This document shows, one piece after another, positions 17,750 to 27,186 of a DNA stretch of 64,000 nucleotides. Origin of the DNA: Chitinophagales bacterium (lineage in GTDB: Bacteria > Bacteroidota > Bacteroidia > Chitinophagales > Saprospiraceae); the NCBI GenBank assembly GCA_017303475.1, contig JAFLBO010000014.1, positions 76,782 through 140,781 on the forward strand, given 5' to 3'. The notes beneath the pieces are model-generated. The model had not been told where the DNA came from. It did not search any database and was given only the letters and a program-made list of their open reading frames with translations. The translations under genes were made by a program, and so were the position numbers. Numbering within the stretch: position 1 is the stretch's first letter; every line of letters starts with the position of its first letter.

Positions 17750-18448
17750 TTAGTTATTTTGAATATTAAAGGGATGATTTTGATGGGTTAGACTCTTATC
17801 CCCATAAACAGAGTAAATACGCATCGTCCCGAAAACCGTGTCCACTTTGGCTGATTCCTTGACACTTAGGAATCCTGCTTCCTGAAAAATCTGTGGCAGC
17901 TGCCCCTGCACGTTTTCGGTGGTCGTTTTGAAGCCATCAAGCAGTTGCACCACATAGAAAGCTAAACGCATCCGCCAGTTGGAGGGTTTGCCCCAGTCGG
18001 CTACATGTAGGCTTCCATCAAGTTTCAATACCCTACGAATCTCGCGCAGACTTTGCCGTTTCTGTTCAGGGTCGAGATGATGAAGCACAAGGCAGGTGAC
18101 TACTCGGTCGAAGCTGTGGTCAGAAAAAGGCAGGACACTCCCATCGTATTGCTCGACCTCCATTAACACACCAGATTTCTCAATTTTCTGCCGCGCTATA
18201 CGCAACACTTCCGGGTCTACATCCACTCCGATGACTTCCGGTAAACGGTGGATTTGTTTTAATAAAATGGAAAGCGAGGCAGTGCCAACTCCAAATTCGA
18301 GGACACGATGGCCTTTTTGGATATTGGCACTATCTATGAGTGCACGACGCACCCTGACTTCCGGGAATACTTTTGCCATGACTAAGTCATACCAACGGGT
18401 CAACCATCGGTAACGCAGAGCCGGTATGTAATTTTGAGTTGCACTCAT
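17750..18448 (-). CDS. Class I SAM-dependent methyltransferase
   Basis: Motif I VLEFGVGTASLS, followed by DRVVTCLVLHHL and LKLDGSLHVADWG. It lies 3 nt upstream of the HMA gene. Confidence 0.8.
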   Translation of the reverse strand: MSATQNYIPALRYRWLTRWYDLVMAKVFPEVRVRRALIDSANIQKGHRVLEFGVGTASLSILLKQIHRLPEVIGVDVDPEVLRIARQKIEKSGVLMEVEQYDGSVLPFSDHSFDRVVTCLVLHHLDPEQKRQSLREIRRVLKLDGSLHVADWGKPSNWRMRLAFYVVQLLDGFKTTTENVQGQLPQIFQEAGFLSVKESAKVDTVFGTMRIYSVYGDKSLTHQNHPFNIQNN

Positions 18449-18502
18449 TTTTTAATAAAAAACATTAATTGAATTAACCTCTATCAGCAGGCAATTCAGG
18501 CT

Positions 18503-18865
18503 TTATTTAGCAAAATCAATTTGGAAGTAGTCGTTCCCTAAATTGTTGTCCAACCGCATCGTACCGGTTGCTATATGGTGAATACACCACTTTTTCTCTC
18601 CTAAATTTAGTTTTAATTTGGCTTCATCCACCGTCCATACCCCAACCAGAGGTTGGTTAAAGGGTATAATATTCGTAGTGATTTTGAAAGTCATATCACT
18701 TTTCAAAATCAGATTCATCGTTGCATTGGAAGGCGTTGCCCCATCAATTCTTACTTCAGTTGACTTCCATTCACCAATAAAGTTTTCTTCATATGGCATC
18801 TTTTCGCGAGTGCATGCATGGAGTCCGATTATGCCAGCCAATAGTATTAAGCAAAGTAATTTCAT
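18503..18865 (-). CDS. Small lipoprotein, lipocalin-like (hypothetical)
   Basis: Lipobox GLHAC. Pattern WKSTEVRIDG...VGVWTVDEAKLKLNLGEKKWCIHHIATGTMRL. It is a paralogue of 19021..19395. Confidence 0.5.
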   Translation of the reverse strand: MKLLCLILLAGIIGLHACTREKMPYEENFIGEWKSTEVRIDGATPSNATMNLILKSDMTFKITTNIIPFNQPLVGVWTVDEAKLKLNLGEKKWCIHHIATGTMRLDNNLGNDYFQIDFAK

Positions 18866-19020
18866 GGCATTTTTTTTGCAAATGAAAGGGTTGTTACACC
18901 AGATTTCAGGTTCTACTCATTGGCAGCATTTTTTGACAAAAAGGGGTTTGAATAGCCATTGAAATAAACGGAATGCCCTTTTTGGAATCGTGTCAATCGT
19001 CATTTTAAGCCCATTTTTTT

Positions 19021-19395
19021 CTATTTATTCAAGTCAATTTCCATCTCTTTGCCATCCACCGTATTGGCTATACGCAAAGTATTGCCTTCGAGGTGGTGTA
19101 TCGTCCAGACATTGCCGGACAAAGTGAGTTTGGAGTTGGCCTCATCAGCACTCCATTTCCCAGAAGTAGGATGGGTAAAGGGCGTGATATTGGTGGCGAT
19201 TTCAAAGTTGTCGCCAGTTTGCAGGTGTAGGAACATGGTTGTGGTAGAAGGTGCTGCTACACCGTCGATTTTCACAGCAGTGGAGTTCCACTCGGCGGTG
19301 AGTTGCTCGGTATAAGTTGCTTTGTCTTTTTTACAGGCAATGAATGCCACGGCGACGAAAGAAAGGGAGAATAGAATGCTATTGAAACGGTTCAT
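19021..19395 (-). CDS. Small lipoprotein, lipocalin-like (hypothetical), paralogue of 18503..18865
   Basis: Lipobox AFIAC; WNSTAVKIDG...SGKWSADEANSKLTLSGNVWTIHHLEGNTLRI. Confidence 0.5.
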   Translation of the reverse strand: MNRFNSILFSLSFVAVAFIACKKDKATYTEQLTAEWNSTAVKIDGVAAPSTTTMFLHLQTGDNFEIATNITPFTHPTSGKWSADEANSKLTLSGNVWTIHHLEGNTLRIANTVDGKEMEIDLNK

Positions 19396-19587
19396 TTTTG
19401 TAAGAAATTTAAGTTTGAGTGTTAAATTTTAGATTCATTTGAAAAAACAGCCTCGACCAGGCAAATGGCTGGTTACTGGATTTCGCAATTGAGTTTTTGT
19501 TGGTGGGAATGAGTATTGTGCTCAAATAGGGTGTTGTTAGTCTATTCAAGAAAAACAGACTGACGGTTGCTAACCCGGAGATATTTT

Positions 19588-20227
19588 TCACAAATACATC
19601 AACTGCATTGGCCCAGACATCGCTACCATCAACACATCTTCAAACAATGTCATTTTGCTCATAGGCAATTTGAATACTGCGCCGAGACAGGCGCATTGAA
19701 GCTTACGTTTTGTGAGCAGGCTTTGCACCACACCTATTTTACTCATACCCATAACGGCAAATGTCAAACAGTTCGTGACCGATGGGTTGTAATCCAGCAG
19801 GCACAAAACACCCAGAGCAAGCTCTACGAAAGGATAAGTATATCCCAGCCCAACCAACACCGTGCTACGACATCGAAACTTCTGTATGAAACAGTAAAAG
19901 CCGGAACATCAGGCATTTTGAAAGAGAGAACCCGAGAAAAAATCCAACCATAAAATGGCGCATCCTTCGCATCCAATCAAAGGCTCCGGCTGCTGCTTCA
20001 ACCAACAGCGTAGCTCCGAGGATGTAGCTGAACACCAACAGAATGGGCTTGTACGTCTCCAAAAATGTGCGCGAGGCCTCTACATCCGCCAAGTTCGCGG
20101 TGGGTGCTACCTGGGCGTCCAGCGTCTTCCTTCCATACCACCGATGTTCAGCTTTGAACTGTGTTAGGGTAATTCCAGTGACTTGCCGAAACTGTTTGCT
20201 CAAATGTTGTGTGCTGGTGTATACAGT
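19588..20227 (-). pseudogene. Decayed locus: 3' remnant of an AraC-type HTH fused in frame to a MauE/DoxX-like membrane protein gene that carries two apparent 1-nt deletions
   Basis: The track splits it into 19865..20203 (TTG start) and 19588..19860 (GTG start). Frame A reads ...AFDWMRRMRHFMVGFFLGFSLSK. Frame B, after the 4-nt homopolymer at 19916-19919, reads MPDVPAFTVSYRSFDVVAR. Frame C, from about 19860, reads VLVGLGYTYPFVELALGVLCLL...KLQCACLGAVFKLPMSKMTLFEDVLMV. The first ~35 codons (TVYTSTQHLSKQFRQVTGITLTQFKAEHR) look like the last HTH of an AraC regulator, cut off by the adaptor stop at 20233. Confidence 0.55.
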
Positions 20228-20232
20228 CTAAA

Positions 20233-21474
20233 TCACATTTTGTGCCCAGCCATTGGGTCTGACCCTTTTTTAAACACCAATTCGCTGTTCAGCAGGTAAG
20301 CTCCTGATACGACCACGATTTCCCCGGATTGCAACCCCTCAACGATTTCAGTATAATCTTCATTGGCAATGCCGATGCGCACCATACGGCCTTCGAAGCC
20401 TCCATTGGCATTTTTTATCCAAACAGTAGTGCCACGACTTTCCTGGATCAGTGCGTTGGTCGGCACTGCAAGCGTCCGACGGGTTTTGCCTTTCAAGGTA
20501 ATCCAGGCCTGCATACCCGGCTGATATTCACCGCTTGGGTTGGGTATTTCCACGCGGGTCAGAATGATTTTGGAAGCGGCTTCGAGGTTGGGGTTGACAA
20601 AACTGACCTTGCCGCTGAGAATGCGCCCTGGGTAATACGGCAAAGTAACCGAGGCTTCGCGGGTTTGGGCAAGAAAGGGCAAATCGCTGACGTAAAGTTG
20701 CGCTTCTGCCCAGAGGGTGCGCAAGTCGGCAAGTTTCAGCACGGTCGAGCCTTCTGTCACATAGCTGCCTTCGGCGGGCGGGGATTCCATGACATAACCA
20801 GAGTATCTGCTATAAAACGTGACCGTGTTTTTGGGTGCGCCGGACTGTTCGATTTCCTGCAACTGCGCTTCGGTCATACCCCAGAGTAGCAGTTTGTTAC
20901 GGGCTGCATCCGCAATGCGGGAAAAATCGAGATCGGTGCTGCCATAGCGATTTTTGCTTTTCAACGCCAGCAAATAATCCTGCTGTGCAGAGGCGAGTTC
21001 TTCGCTGTACAATTCAAAAACGGCTTGGCCTGCCCGCACGTATTCGCCTACATTGCGCACGAAAAGTCGGTCAATCCTACCGGTAAGCCTAGCGGTCACA
21101 GAGTTAATGCGATTTTGATTTTCGCGCAGCGTTGCAGCAAGGGAGATTTCTTCGCCCAACGCTTGCTGCCACACCGTGTCGGTCTGGATGTTGGCGAGCC
21201 GGATTTGTTCGGCACTGAGTTTTATCTCGTTCTCTTTTTTATCGGCGGCAATTTCTACCCGAACCAAAGGCATTTTGCAGATCGGGCAAGGTCCGGGCTT
21301 TTGTTCAACTACCTGCGGATCCATGGAGCAGGTGTAGTAAACGTTTTCCTCCACCGGGACGGGGGTGGGCTTGTTGCAGGCGACCAGTAAAAGTGTCACG
21401 ACGAACAGGCTACGTTTACGAAACTTAAAAAGTTTCGTAAACGTCACTTCTCCTTTTATTCTCAAAGTATTCAT
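20233..21474 (-). CDS. RND efflux periplasmic adaptor (CusB-like) with N-terminal heavy-metal-binding domain, copy 2
   Basis: HMBD motif YYTCSMDPQVVEQKPGPCPICKMPLV. MFP hairpin/barrel regions LASAQQDYLLALKSK and LLWGMTEAQLQEIEQSG. Confidence 0.85.
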   Translation of the reverse strand: MNTLRIKGEVTFTKLFKFRKRSLFVVTLLLVACNKPTPVPVEENVYYTCSMDPQVVEQKPGPCPICKMPLVRVEIAADKKENEIKLSAEQIRLANIQTDTVWQQALGEEISLAATLRENQNRINSVTARLTGRIDRLFVRNVGEYVRAGQAVFELYSEELASAQQDYLLALKSKNRYGSTDLDFSRIADAARNKLLLWGMTEAQLQEIEQSGAPKNTVTFYSRYSGYVMESPPAEGSYVTEGSTVLKLADLRTLWAEAQLYVSDLPFLAQTREASVTLPYYPGRILSGKVSFVNPNLEAASKIILTRVEIPNPSGEYQPGMQAWITLKGKTRRTLAVPTNALIQESRGTTVWIKNANGGFEGRMVRIGIANEDYTEIVEGLQSGEIVVVSGAYLLNSELVFKKGSDPMAGHKM

Positions 21475-21480
21475 TGTCAG

Positions 21481-22815
21481 TTAGTTTGCTTTGACAAAAC
21501 TCTCGCTGTCCATGAGCAGTTGCGCGTTTTGAGCGATTTCATTGTCAGTTGAAAGCCCTGTTGTCACTTCAAGCATTTGGCCGGAGCGGCGACCTGTACC
21601 GATTTTCCGCGACCGGAAGCCTTCCGATGTTTTTATAAAGACGATCTTGTTCCTACCCAAATCAATAGCCGCTGTTGCCGGAATCCAGAGAGCAGATCGG
21701 CTTTCCACATATACATTAGCGGTGAGTAAAGTACCGGGTTTGAACCTTTCGCCGGGATTTGACAAATATACCCGAACCCGAAGGTTTTTGCTCCCTGATC
21801 CATACCACGGTTCGATGTAGTTGATTTTCCCCTGGAACGGTTCTATAAATGTTTCTATGTGCAATTCTACTTTTTGGCCGACTTTCAACGACTGCACTGC
21901 GGAGGGGTAAAATTCGAGTATGGCCCACACAGTCGTCAGGTCTTGCAAACCGAACAGCCGCTGGCCAGGTTGGACGTACATGCCCTCTTTTAGTGAAAGT
22001 TCGGAGGAAGCAGCGGCTGAAGGCAAGGAAGGAGAGGGATTTTGCAGAGTTTTATCATCATTCATGTCACCGCCGGGCATAGTTCCAGGTAAGCCTGAAC
22101 CTGAGTTTTCAATAAGTAATCCGCTGAAGGGGCTAAATACCGGCAATGAAAGGAACGGTTTGCGACTGCCTTCCATGTCGCTGATTTGCCCGGAGGTCAT
22201 GCCAAGCAGGGAAAGGCGGCGACGGGCATTTTCGAGGAGTGTCGCATTGTCCGGGTCCTTTTCTTTCAAAAAAATCAGGTCCTGCTGCGCGGTGGCGAGG
22301 TCGGGGCTGTAAATATCGAGCAGACGTTGCCCTTTTTGCACGGGCTGAAAGGGGTAACGGACGTAGAGTCGCTCAATGCGTCCGCCGTAACGAGCCGATA
22401 CCGCTTTGATCTTTCGGGCATCGTAGCTCAGGTAGCCGGGTACTTTTAGCGTGTCAGAAATGGATTTGCGCTCCGGTCGGATCGTCGCCGTGGCGCTCAG
22501 CACATACTCATATGTTGGCTTTAATAGAATGCCGCTGCTGTCCGGTCCCGCAATGTGGTCGGCGTGGTCGCTTTCTTTTTTGACTAAGTCCATGCCGCAA
22601 ATCGGGCAGCTTCCAGGTGCATCGCGTAGGATTTCCGGATGCATCGGACAGATGTAAACGGATTTTTCTTCAACATTGTGGCTTTCGTGCCCGGTTTTTT
22701 CTTCCAGGGTGTGGCCTTCATGTCCGGCGTTTTTTTGCCGACAAGCCACAACCGTCAACGCAAGCACGAGCAGTCCAAGGGTTATCTGTTTAACGTTGTT
22801 CCAATTCTTTTTCAT
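21481..22815 (-). CDS. RND efflux periplasmic adaptor (CusB-like) with N-terminal heavy-metal-binding domain, copy 1
   Basis: Lipobox VVAC, a His-rich stretch [15 protein letters not shown], and HMBD motif [28 protein letters not shown] regions [14 protein letters not shown] and [17 protein letters not shown]. Confidence 0.85.
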   Translation of the reverse strand: MKKNWNNVKQITLGLLVLALTVVACRQKNAGHEGHTLEEKTGHESHNVEEKSVYICPMHPEILRDAPGSCPICGMDLVKKESDHADHIAGPDSSGILLKPTYEYVLSATATIRPERKSISDTLKVPGYLSYDARKIKAVSARYGGRIERLYVRYPFQPVQKGQRLLDIYSPDLATAQQDLIFLKEKDPDNATLLENARRRLSLLGMTSGQISDMEGSRKPFLSLPVFSPFSGLLIENSGSGLPGTMPGGDMNDDKTLQNPSPSLPSAAASSELSLKEGMYVQPGQRLFGLQDLTTVWAILEFYPSAVQSLKVGQKVELHIETFIEPFQGKINYIEPWYGSGSKNLRVRVYLSNPGERFKPGTLLTANVYVESRSALWIPATAAIDLGRNKIVFIKTSEGFRSRKIGTGRRSGQMLEVTTGLSTDNEIAQNAQLLMDSESFVKAN

Positions 22816-24025
22816 ATTCGGTACGGGCTTGCAAGAGTTGTTGCAGGAGGTCGAGTTGGCTAAGGCGGCTCATTTTGAGTTCTAACCAGGCATCGATAGT
22901 CATAAAAAGTTCGTCGGTGTTTTGTTCCCAAGCCAGCAGGGTACTTTGAAAGCGTTTACGCTGGTTGGGGATGATGTCGCGCTCGTAGCGGTCTATTTGT
23001 TCCTGTAGCGTCTGCATCATCACAAGTCGGTCAGCGAGGTTGCCCCGGATTTGGTTGATGAAGTCGGCTTTTTGGTACTCGAAAGCGGTAAGTCGGTGGT
23101 CAATTCCCTCAATGCGGGCTTTGATATCTTTGTTTGCCCAAGGGGCTAACGGCACTGTCACCATACCCATAAGCGAAAACTGCCATGGTGTACCGCCAAA
23201 AGCAAACATATGATCGAAGCGCAACCCGTATTCAGGTTTCAATTTCGAGCGTTGCCATTCCTGTTCAAGGCGGGCGATTTGGAGATTGGTCTCGATTGCG
23301 CGAAAATCACTGCGGGCAGCAATCCGTGCAGAATCAGCTTGCACGGGAATTGGCGACAATCGCCATCGGGCGCTGTCAATCTCGAAAGCGGTTGCGGGAT
23401 CGCGTTGCATCAGAGCGTTGAGCATAATGCGTTGCTGGCGAATTTCGCCTGCGTACATGGCCTGCATCCGTTCGAGGTTGGCCAATTCGGTTTGGGCTTT
23501 ATAGACGCTGCCGAGTTTCTCACGGTTATACTGGAACCGCTGTTCGGCACTTTCGATGAGCAGGCGTAGGGCATTTTTACTCTCTTCAAGCACGGCAATT
23601 TTTTTTCCCAGAACCAGCCAACTATAATATGCGGTTTTTGCTTCGGCAAACAACATATTTTGCATCACCCCTCGTTCGGCGACTTCCATGCCAGACATAG
23701 CACCCATATATCGTTGCTCAGCTCGTTGCATGTTGCGATTGGGGAACATCTGCTCTCCCGTTATCATGAATGCGCCCATACCTTCGCTCCACCGGGCAGG
23801 GTTGTATGGGGTCATCCAAAAACCACCGCCGATCTGGGGTGAGGGCATGGTAATAGCGCCTTTAGCGTAAGTGTCAAGCTCGCGAATGCGCGCGTCGGTG
23901 GCTTGTAGACGCGGGTGCACGGTCTCGATGCGGGTCAGGATGCTGTCGAGGGAGAGCGTAGTTTGACCGCCTAAATCGAAGGCTGCAAGCAGCAGCAAGA
24001 TGATAAATTTTAATCTGTTCTTCAT
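22790..24025 (-). CDS. TolC-family outer membrane efflux protein (CusC-like)
   Basis: 411 aa with a signal peptide and two repeated coiled-coil/barrel halves (...[23 protein letters not shown]..., ...[18 protein letters not shown]). It starts 1 nt after the pump stop, and its own stop overlaps the adaptor start by 26 nt. Confidence 0.8.
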   Translation of the reverse strand: MKNRLKFIILLLLAAFDLGGQTTLSLDSILTRIETVHPRLQATDARIRELDTYAKGAITMPSPQIGGGFWMTPYNPARWSEGMGAFMITGEQMFPNRNMQRAEQRYMGAMSGMEVAERGVMQNMLFAEAKTAYYSWLVLGKKIAVLEESKNALRLLIESAEQRFQYNREKLGSVYKAQTELANLERMQAMYAGEIRQQRIMLNALMQRDPATAFEIDSARWRLSPIPVQADSARIAARSDFRAIETNLQIARLEQEWQRSKLKPEYGLRFDHMFAFGGTPWQFSLMGMVTVPLAPWANKDIKARIEGIDHRLTAFEYQKADFINQIRGNLADRLVMMQTLQEQIDRYERDIIPNQRKRFQSTLLAWEQNTDELFMTIDAWLELKMSRLSQLDLLQQLLQARTEYEKELEQR

Positions 24026-24026
24026 C

Positions 24027-25937
24027 TCAATCGTTGAATTGAACGAGTTTCAGTGTTCCGGTTTCCCTCAATTCGTATTCCCTTACGATGGCAAACAGCA
24101 CCGGCAGCACAATCAGCACAAAAAGCGTAGAGGTAATCAGACCGAACACAAAGGGTATAACAATGGGTTTCATCACATCGCTGCCCGTCCCGGTAGCCAG
24201 CAGCACGGGCAAGAGGCCAATAATATCTACCATGACTGTCATCAGTTTGGGGCGCAAACGAAGAACAGCGCCGTCGTAAATAGCGTCTTCGACATCCTGA
24301 TTGGTGAAAGATCTGCTTTCTGCTTTCAGTTTGGATGATTTATCGTACAGCGAATTGTTCATATAAACAAGCATCAGGATACCCGTTTCCACGGCCACAC
24401 CAAACAGTGCAATGAACCCGACAGCCACAGCGACCGAAAAATTGACATCAAAAAAATGAAGGGAATACGCGCCGCCAACGAGCGCGACGGGTATGCCAGT
24501 GAGGACAATCAGTGTTTCGCGAAAAGATTTAAAAGTGAAATACAGGATCATCATAATGATGACAAGCACAATCGGCATGATAATCGTCAGACGCTCGTTC
24601 GCACGCACCTGGTTTTCGTATTGGCCGCTCCATTCTAAGAAATACCCCTTCGGTAGTTTCTGTACGGCGGTTTCCAACTTCTTTTTTGCATCAGCCACGG
24701 TGCTTCCCAAATCGCGGTCGCGTACATTGAACAAAAGCGTTCCGCGCAGCAATGCATTTTCGGAATTGATCATTGGGGGGCCGTCTGAAACACTTACATC
24801 GGCTACTGCTGAAAGCGGAATAGGCCCATATTCCATCGTTTGCATTTGCAACCGTTTCAATTTTTCAATTTTATCCCTGAAATCCTGCGCGAAGCGGACG
24901 TTCACTGAAAAACGTTGCCGCCCTTCAATCGTTGTAGTGACGTTCATGCCACCCAACGCCGTCTCGATAAACATATTCACATCGTCTATAGTCAGCCCGT
25001 AGCGCCCAATTTCATCTTTTCGAATTTTTATGTCAACATACATTCCTCCGGTAATCGGCTCGGCATACAAATCCTTCACACCATCAACGCCCTGCAACTC
25101 TAGCCTGAACTGTTGCGCCAATTTGTTGATGGTATCAAGGTTCTGACCATATATTTTTACCCCTACATCCGTCCGGATCCCGGTGGAAAGCATATTGATC
25201 CGGTTGATGATGGGCTGCGTCCAGCCATTCACTACGCCGGGAATTTGAAGTTTGGCGTTGAGTTGGTCAATGATGTCGTTTTTTGTCATCCCGTCTCGCC
25301 ACTGCGATTGTGGTTTGAGCAGAATGATCGTTTCAATCATGCTCACGGGTGCGTTGTCGGTGGCGGAGTTCGCTCTGCCCGCTTTACCCAGCACATTTTC
25401 CACTTCGGGAAAATCTTTGATGATTTTGTCCTGCACCTGCATGATGCGTTTGATTTCGGAGTTGGAAACGCTGGGCAAGGTGACCGGCATAAACAAAAGC
25501 GAACCTTCGTCCAACGGGGGCATAAACTCCGTACCGAGATTCAGTACCAGGGGAATACTGCCCAGCACAAGTGCAACGCTCAACACAACGGTTGTTTTTT
25601 TCCACCGCATACACAAAAGGATGATGGGCGAATAAATCCACTTGAAAAAACGAGAAACGGGGTGCTTGCTTTCCGGGCGAATTTTTCCTTTCAAAAGCAT
25701 GACCATCAAAACCGGGACGAGGAACACTACGACAAAGGCAGAGCCTATCATGGCAAAAGTCTTTGTCCATACGAGCGGAGAAAACAGTTTGTGCTCCTGC
25801 CCGGTGAGGAACAAAATCGGACTGAATGACACCAACGTGATGAGGATGGAGCTCACGATGGCACCTCCAATCAGTTTGGATGATTTTTCAATCCGGGATT
25901 CTCTTTCTTCGTTGCTGAGCATATTATTCTGTTTCAT
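24027..25937 (-). CDS. CusA/CzcA-family RND pump, C-terminal fragment (TM5 to TM12) of a frameshift-split gene
   Basis: LIGGAIVSSILITLVSFSPILFLTGQEHKLFSPLVWTKTFAMIGSAFVVVFLVPVLM..., through the second large periplasmic loop and the TM8-12 region. It overlaps the N-terminal fragment by 14 nt in another frame. Confidence 0.85.
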   Translation of the reverse strand: MKQNNMLSNEERESRIEKSSKLIGGAIVSSILITLVSFSPILFLTGQEHKLFSPLVWTKTFAMIGSAFVVVFLVPVLMVMLLKGKIRPESKHPVSRFFKWIYSPIILLCMRWKKTTVVLSVALVLGSIPLVLNLGTEFMPPLDEGSLLFMPVTLPSVSNSEIKRIMQVQDKIIKDFPEVENVLGKAGRANSATDNAPVSMIETIILLKPQSQWRDGMTKNDIIDQLNAKLQIPGVVNGWTQPIINRINMLSTGIRTDVGVKIYGQNLDTINKLAQQFRLELQGVDGVKDLYAEPITGGMYVDIKIRKDEIGRYGLTIDDVNMFIETALGGMNVTTTIEGRQRFSVNVRFAQDFRDKIEKLKRLQMQTMEYGPIPLSAVADVSVSDGPPMINSENALLRGTLLFNVRDRDLGSTVADAKKKLETAVQKLPKGYFLEWSGQYENQVRANERLTIIMPIVLVIIMMILYFTFKSFRETLIVLTGIPVALVGGAYSLHFFDVNFSVAVAVGFIALFGVAVETGILMLVYMNNSLYDKSSKLKAESRSFTNQDVEDAIYDGAVLRLRPKLMTVMVDIIGLLPVLLATGTGSDVMKPIVIPFVFGLITSTLFVLIVLPVLFAIVREYELRETGTLKLVQFND

Positions 25938-27186
25938 TTACAAGAGATTTCATTGCGTTTTCAACCATAACAATACCGGCATCTACCAAATCGCCCACGG
26001 CCAGGGCGATGCCTGCCAGCGACATGATGTTGGAGGTAATCCCAAACCAACTCATCAGGATGAATGAAATAAGCACCGAAATCGGGATAGTAATGACCAC
26101 AATCAGGGTGCTCCTAACGTGTAGCAGGAAAATAAAAAGCACGATGCACACCACGATGATTTCTTCGATGACAGCTTCTTTCAACGTGGCGATGGTGGCT
26201 TCTATCAGATCGGAGCGGTCGTAAGCCATTTTGAATTTAACGCCAGGCGGCAGGCCTTTTTCTACGTCTTTTAGTTTTTCTTTCAAGCGGTCAATCACAT
26301 CCTTTGCGTTTTCTCCGTACCGCATCACGACGATGCCGCCTACTTTTTCGCCTTCGCCGTTTTCTTCGACAATGCCTAAACGGAGTTCGCCGCCCATTTG
26401 CACTGCTGCCACATCGCGTACTTTTATCGGGATGCTATTCAGGGTTTTGAGTGTGATGTTTTCAATTTCACGCATGTCTTTGATATAGCCCAATCCCCGG
26501 ATGATGTAGCCAATGTCAGATTGCTCGAACTTCCTGCCGCCCACGTCGTTGTTGTTCGCCTTTATTTTTTCGGCGACCTCCATAATGCTGATGCCGTAAT
26601 AATTGAGTTTCAAGGGATCCACCACCACCTGGTATTGTTTCTGGAAACCGCCATACGAGGCAACCTCGCTCACCCCTTTCACGGTTTGCAGCGCGAATCG
26701 GATGTACCAATCCTGCAATGCCCGCAACTCCCCCAGATCATAGCCGGGCGCATCAAGCGTGTACCAATAAATATGTCCCAACCCTGTTCCGTCTGGTCCG
26801 AGTGTCGGGACAACCCCTTCAGGAAGAAGGCGTTGCGCATAATTCAAACGTTCCAGTACACGGGTGCGAGCCCAATAAATATCCACGTCGTCTTCAAAAA
26901 CCACGAATACAAAACTCATCCCGAACATACTGTTCGCGCGGATATTTTTCACCTTTGGGATACCCTGCAAATTACTTACAAGTGGATACGTGACCTGGTC
27001 TTCCATGATTTGGGGGCTTCGCCCCATCCACTCGGTGAAAATGATGACCTGATTTTCCGACAAATCGGGAATGGCATCAACAGGCGTATTCTTCACTGCG
27101 AAAATCCCATACGCGGCAACAGCCGCAGACATCAACAAAACGACGATGCGGTTTTTAAGCGACCAAGTGATTAGAGCATCAATCAT
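25924..27186 (-). CDS. CusA/CzcA-family RND pump, N-terminal fragment (TM1 to TM4) of a frameshift-split gene
   Basis: Real start is ATG 27186 (MIDALITWSLKNRIVVLLMSAAVAAYGIFAVKNTPVDAIPDLSENQVIIFTEWMGRSPQIMEDQVTYPL...). It ends ...GDLVDAGIVMVENAMKSLVNETE*. The start overlaps the upstream ATPase stop in ATGA. Confidence 0.85.
   Translation of the reverse strand: MIDALITWSLKNRIVVLLMSAAVAAYGIFAVKNTPVDAIPDLSENQVIIFTEWMGRSPQIMEDQVTYPLVSNLQGIPKVKNIRANSMFGMSFVFVVFEDDVDIYWARTRVLERLNYAQRLLPEGVVPTLGPDGTGLGHIYWYTLDAPGYDLGELRALQDWYIRFALQTVKGVSEVASYGGFQKQYQVVVDPLKLNYYGISIMEVAEKIKANNNDVGGRKFEQSDIGYIIRGLGYIKDMREIENITLKTLNSIPIKVRDVAAVQMGGELRLGIVEENGEGEKVGGIVVMRYGENAKDVIDRLKEKLKDVEKGLPPGVKFKMAYDRSDLIEATIATLKEAVIEEIIVVCIVLFIFLLHVRSTLIVVITIPISVLISFILMSWFGITSNIMSLAGIALAVGDLVDAGIVMVENAMKSLVNETE

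Noticed and set aside
25924-25937. Whether the cusA split is programmed frameshifting or a natural two-subunit pump.
   Set aside because: There is no slippery heptamer or downstream structure evident. The break falls between TM4 and TM5 rather than at the TM6/TM7 symmetry boundary. A mutation or sequencing error is the simpler explanation.
25113-27174. Plus-strand ORFs of 238 and 258 aa (25113..25829 and 26398..27174).
   Set aside because: Both are antisense to the clearly homologous CusA-like pump fragments. Their composition is His/Arg-rich and there are no motifs.
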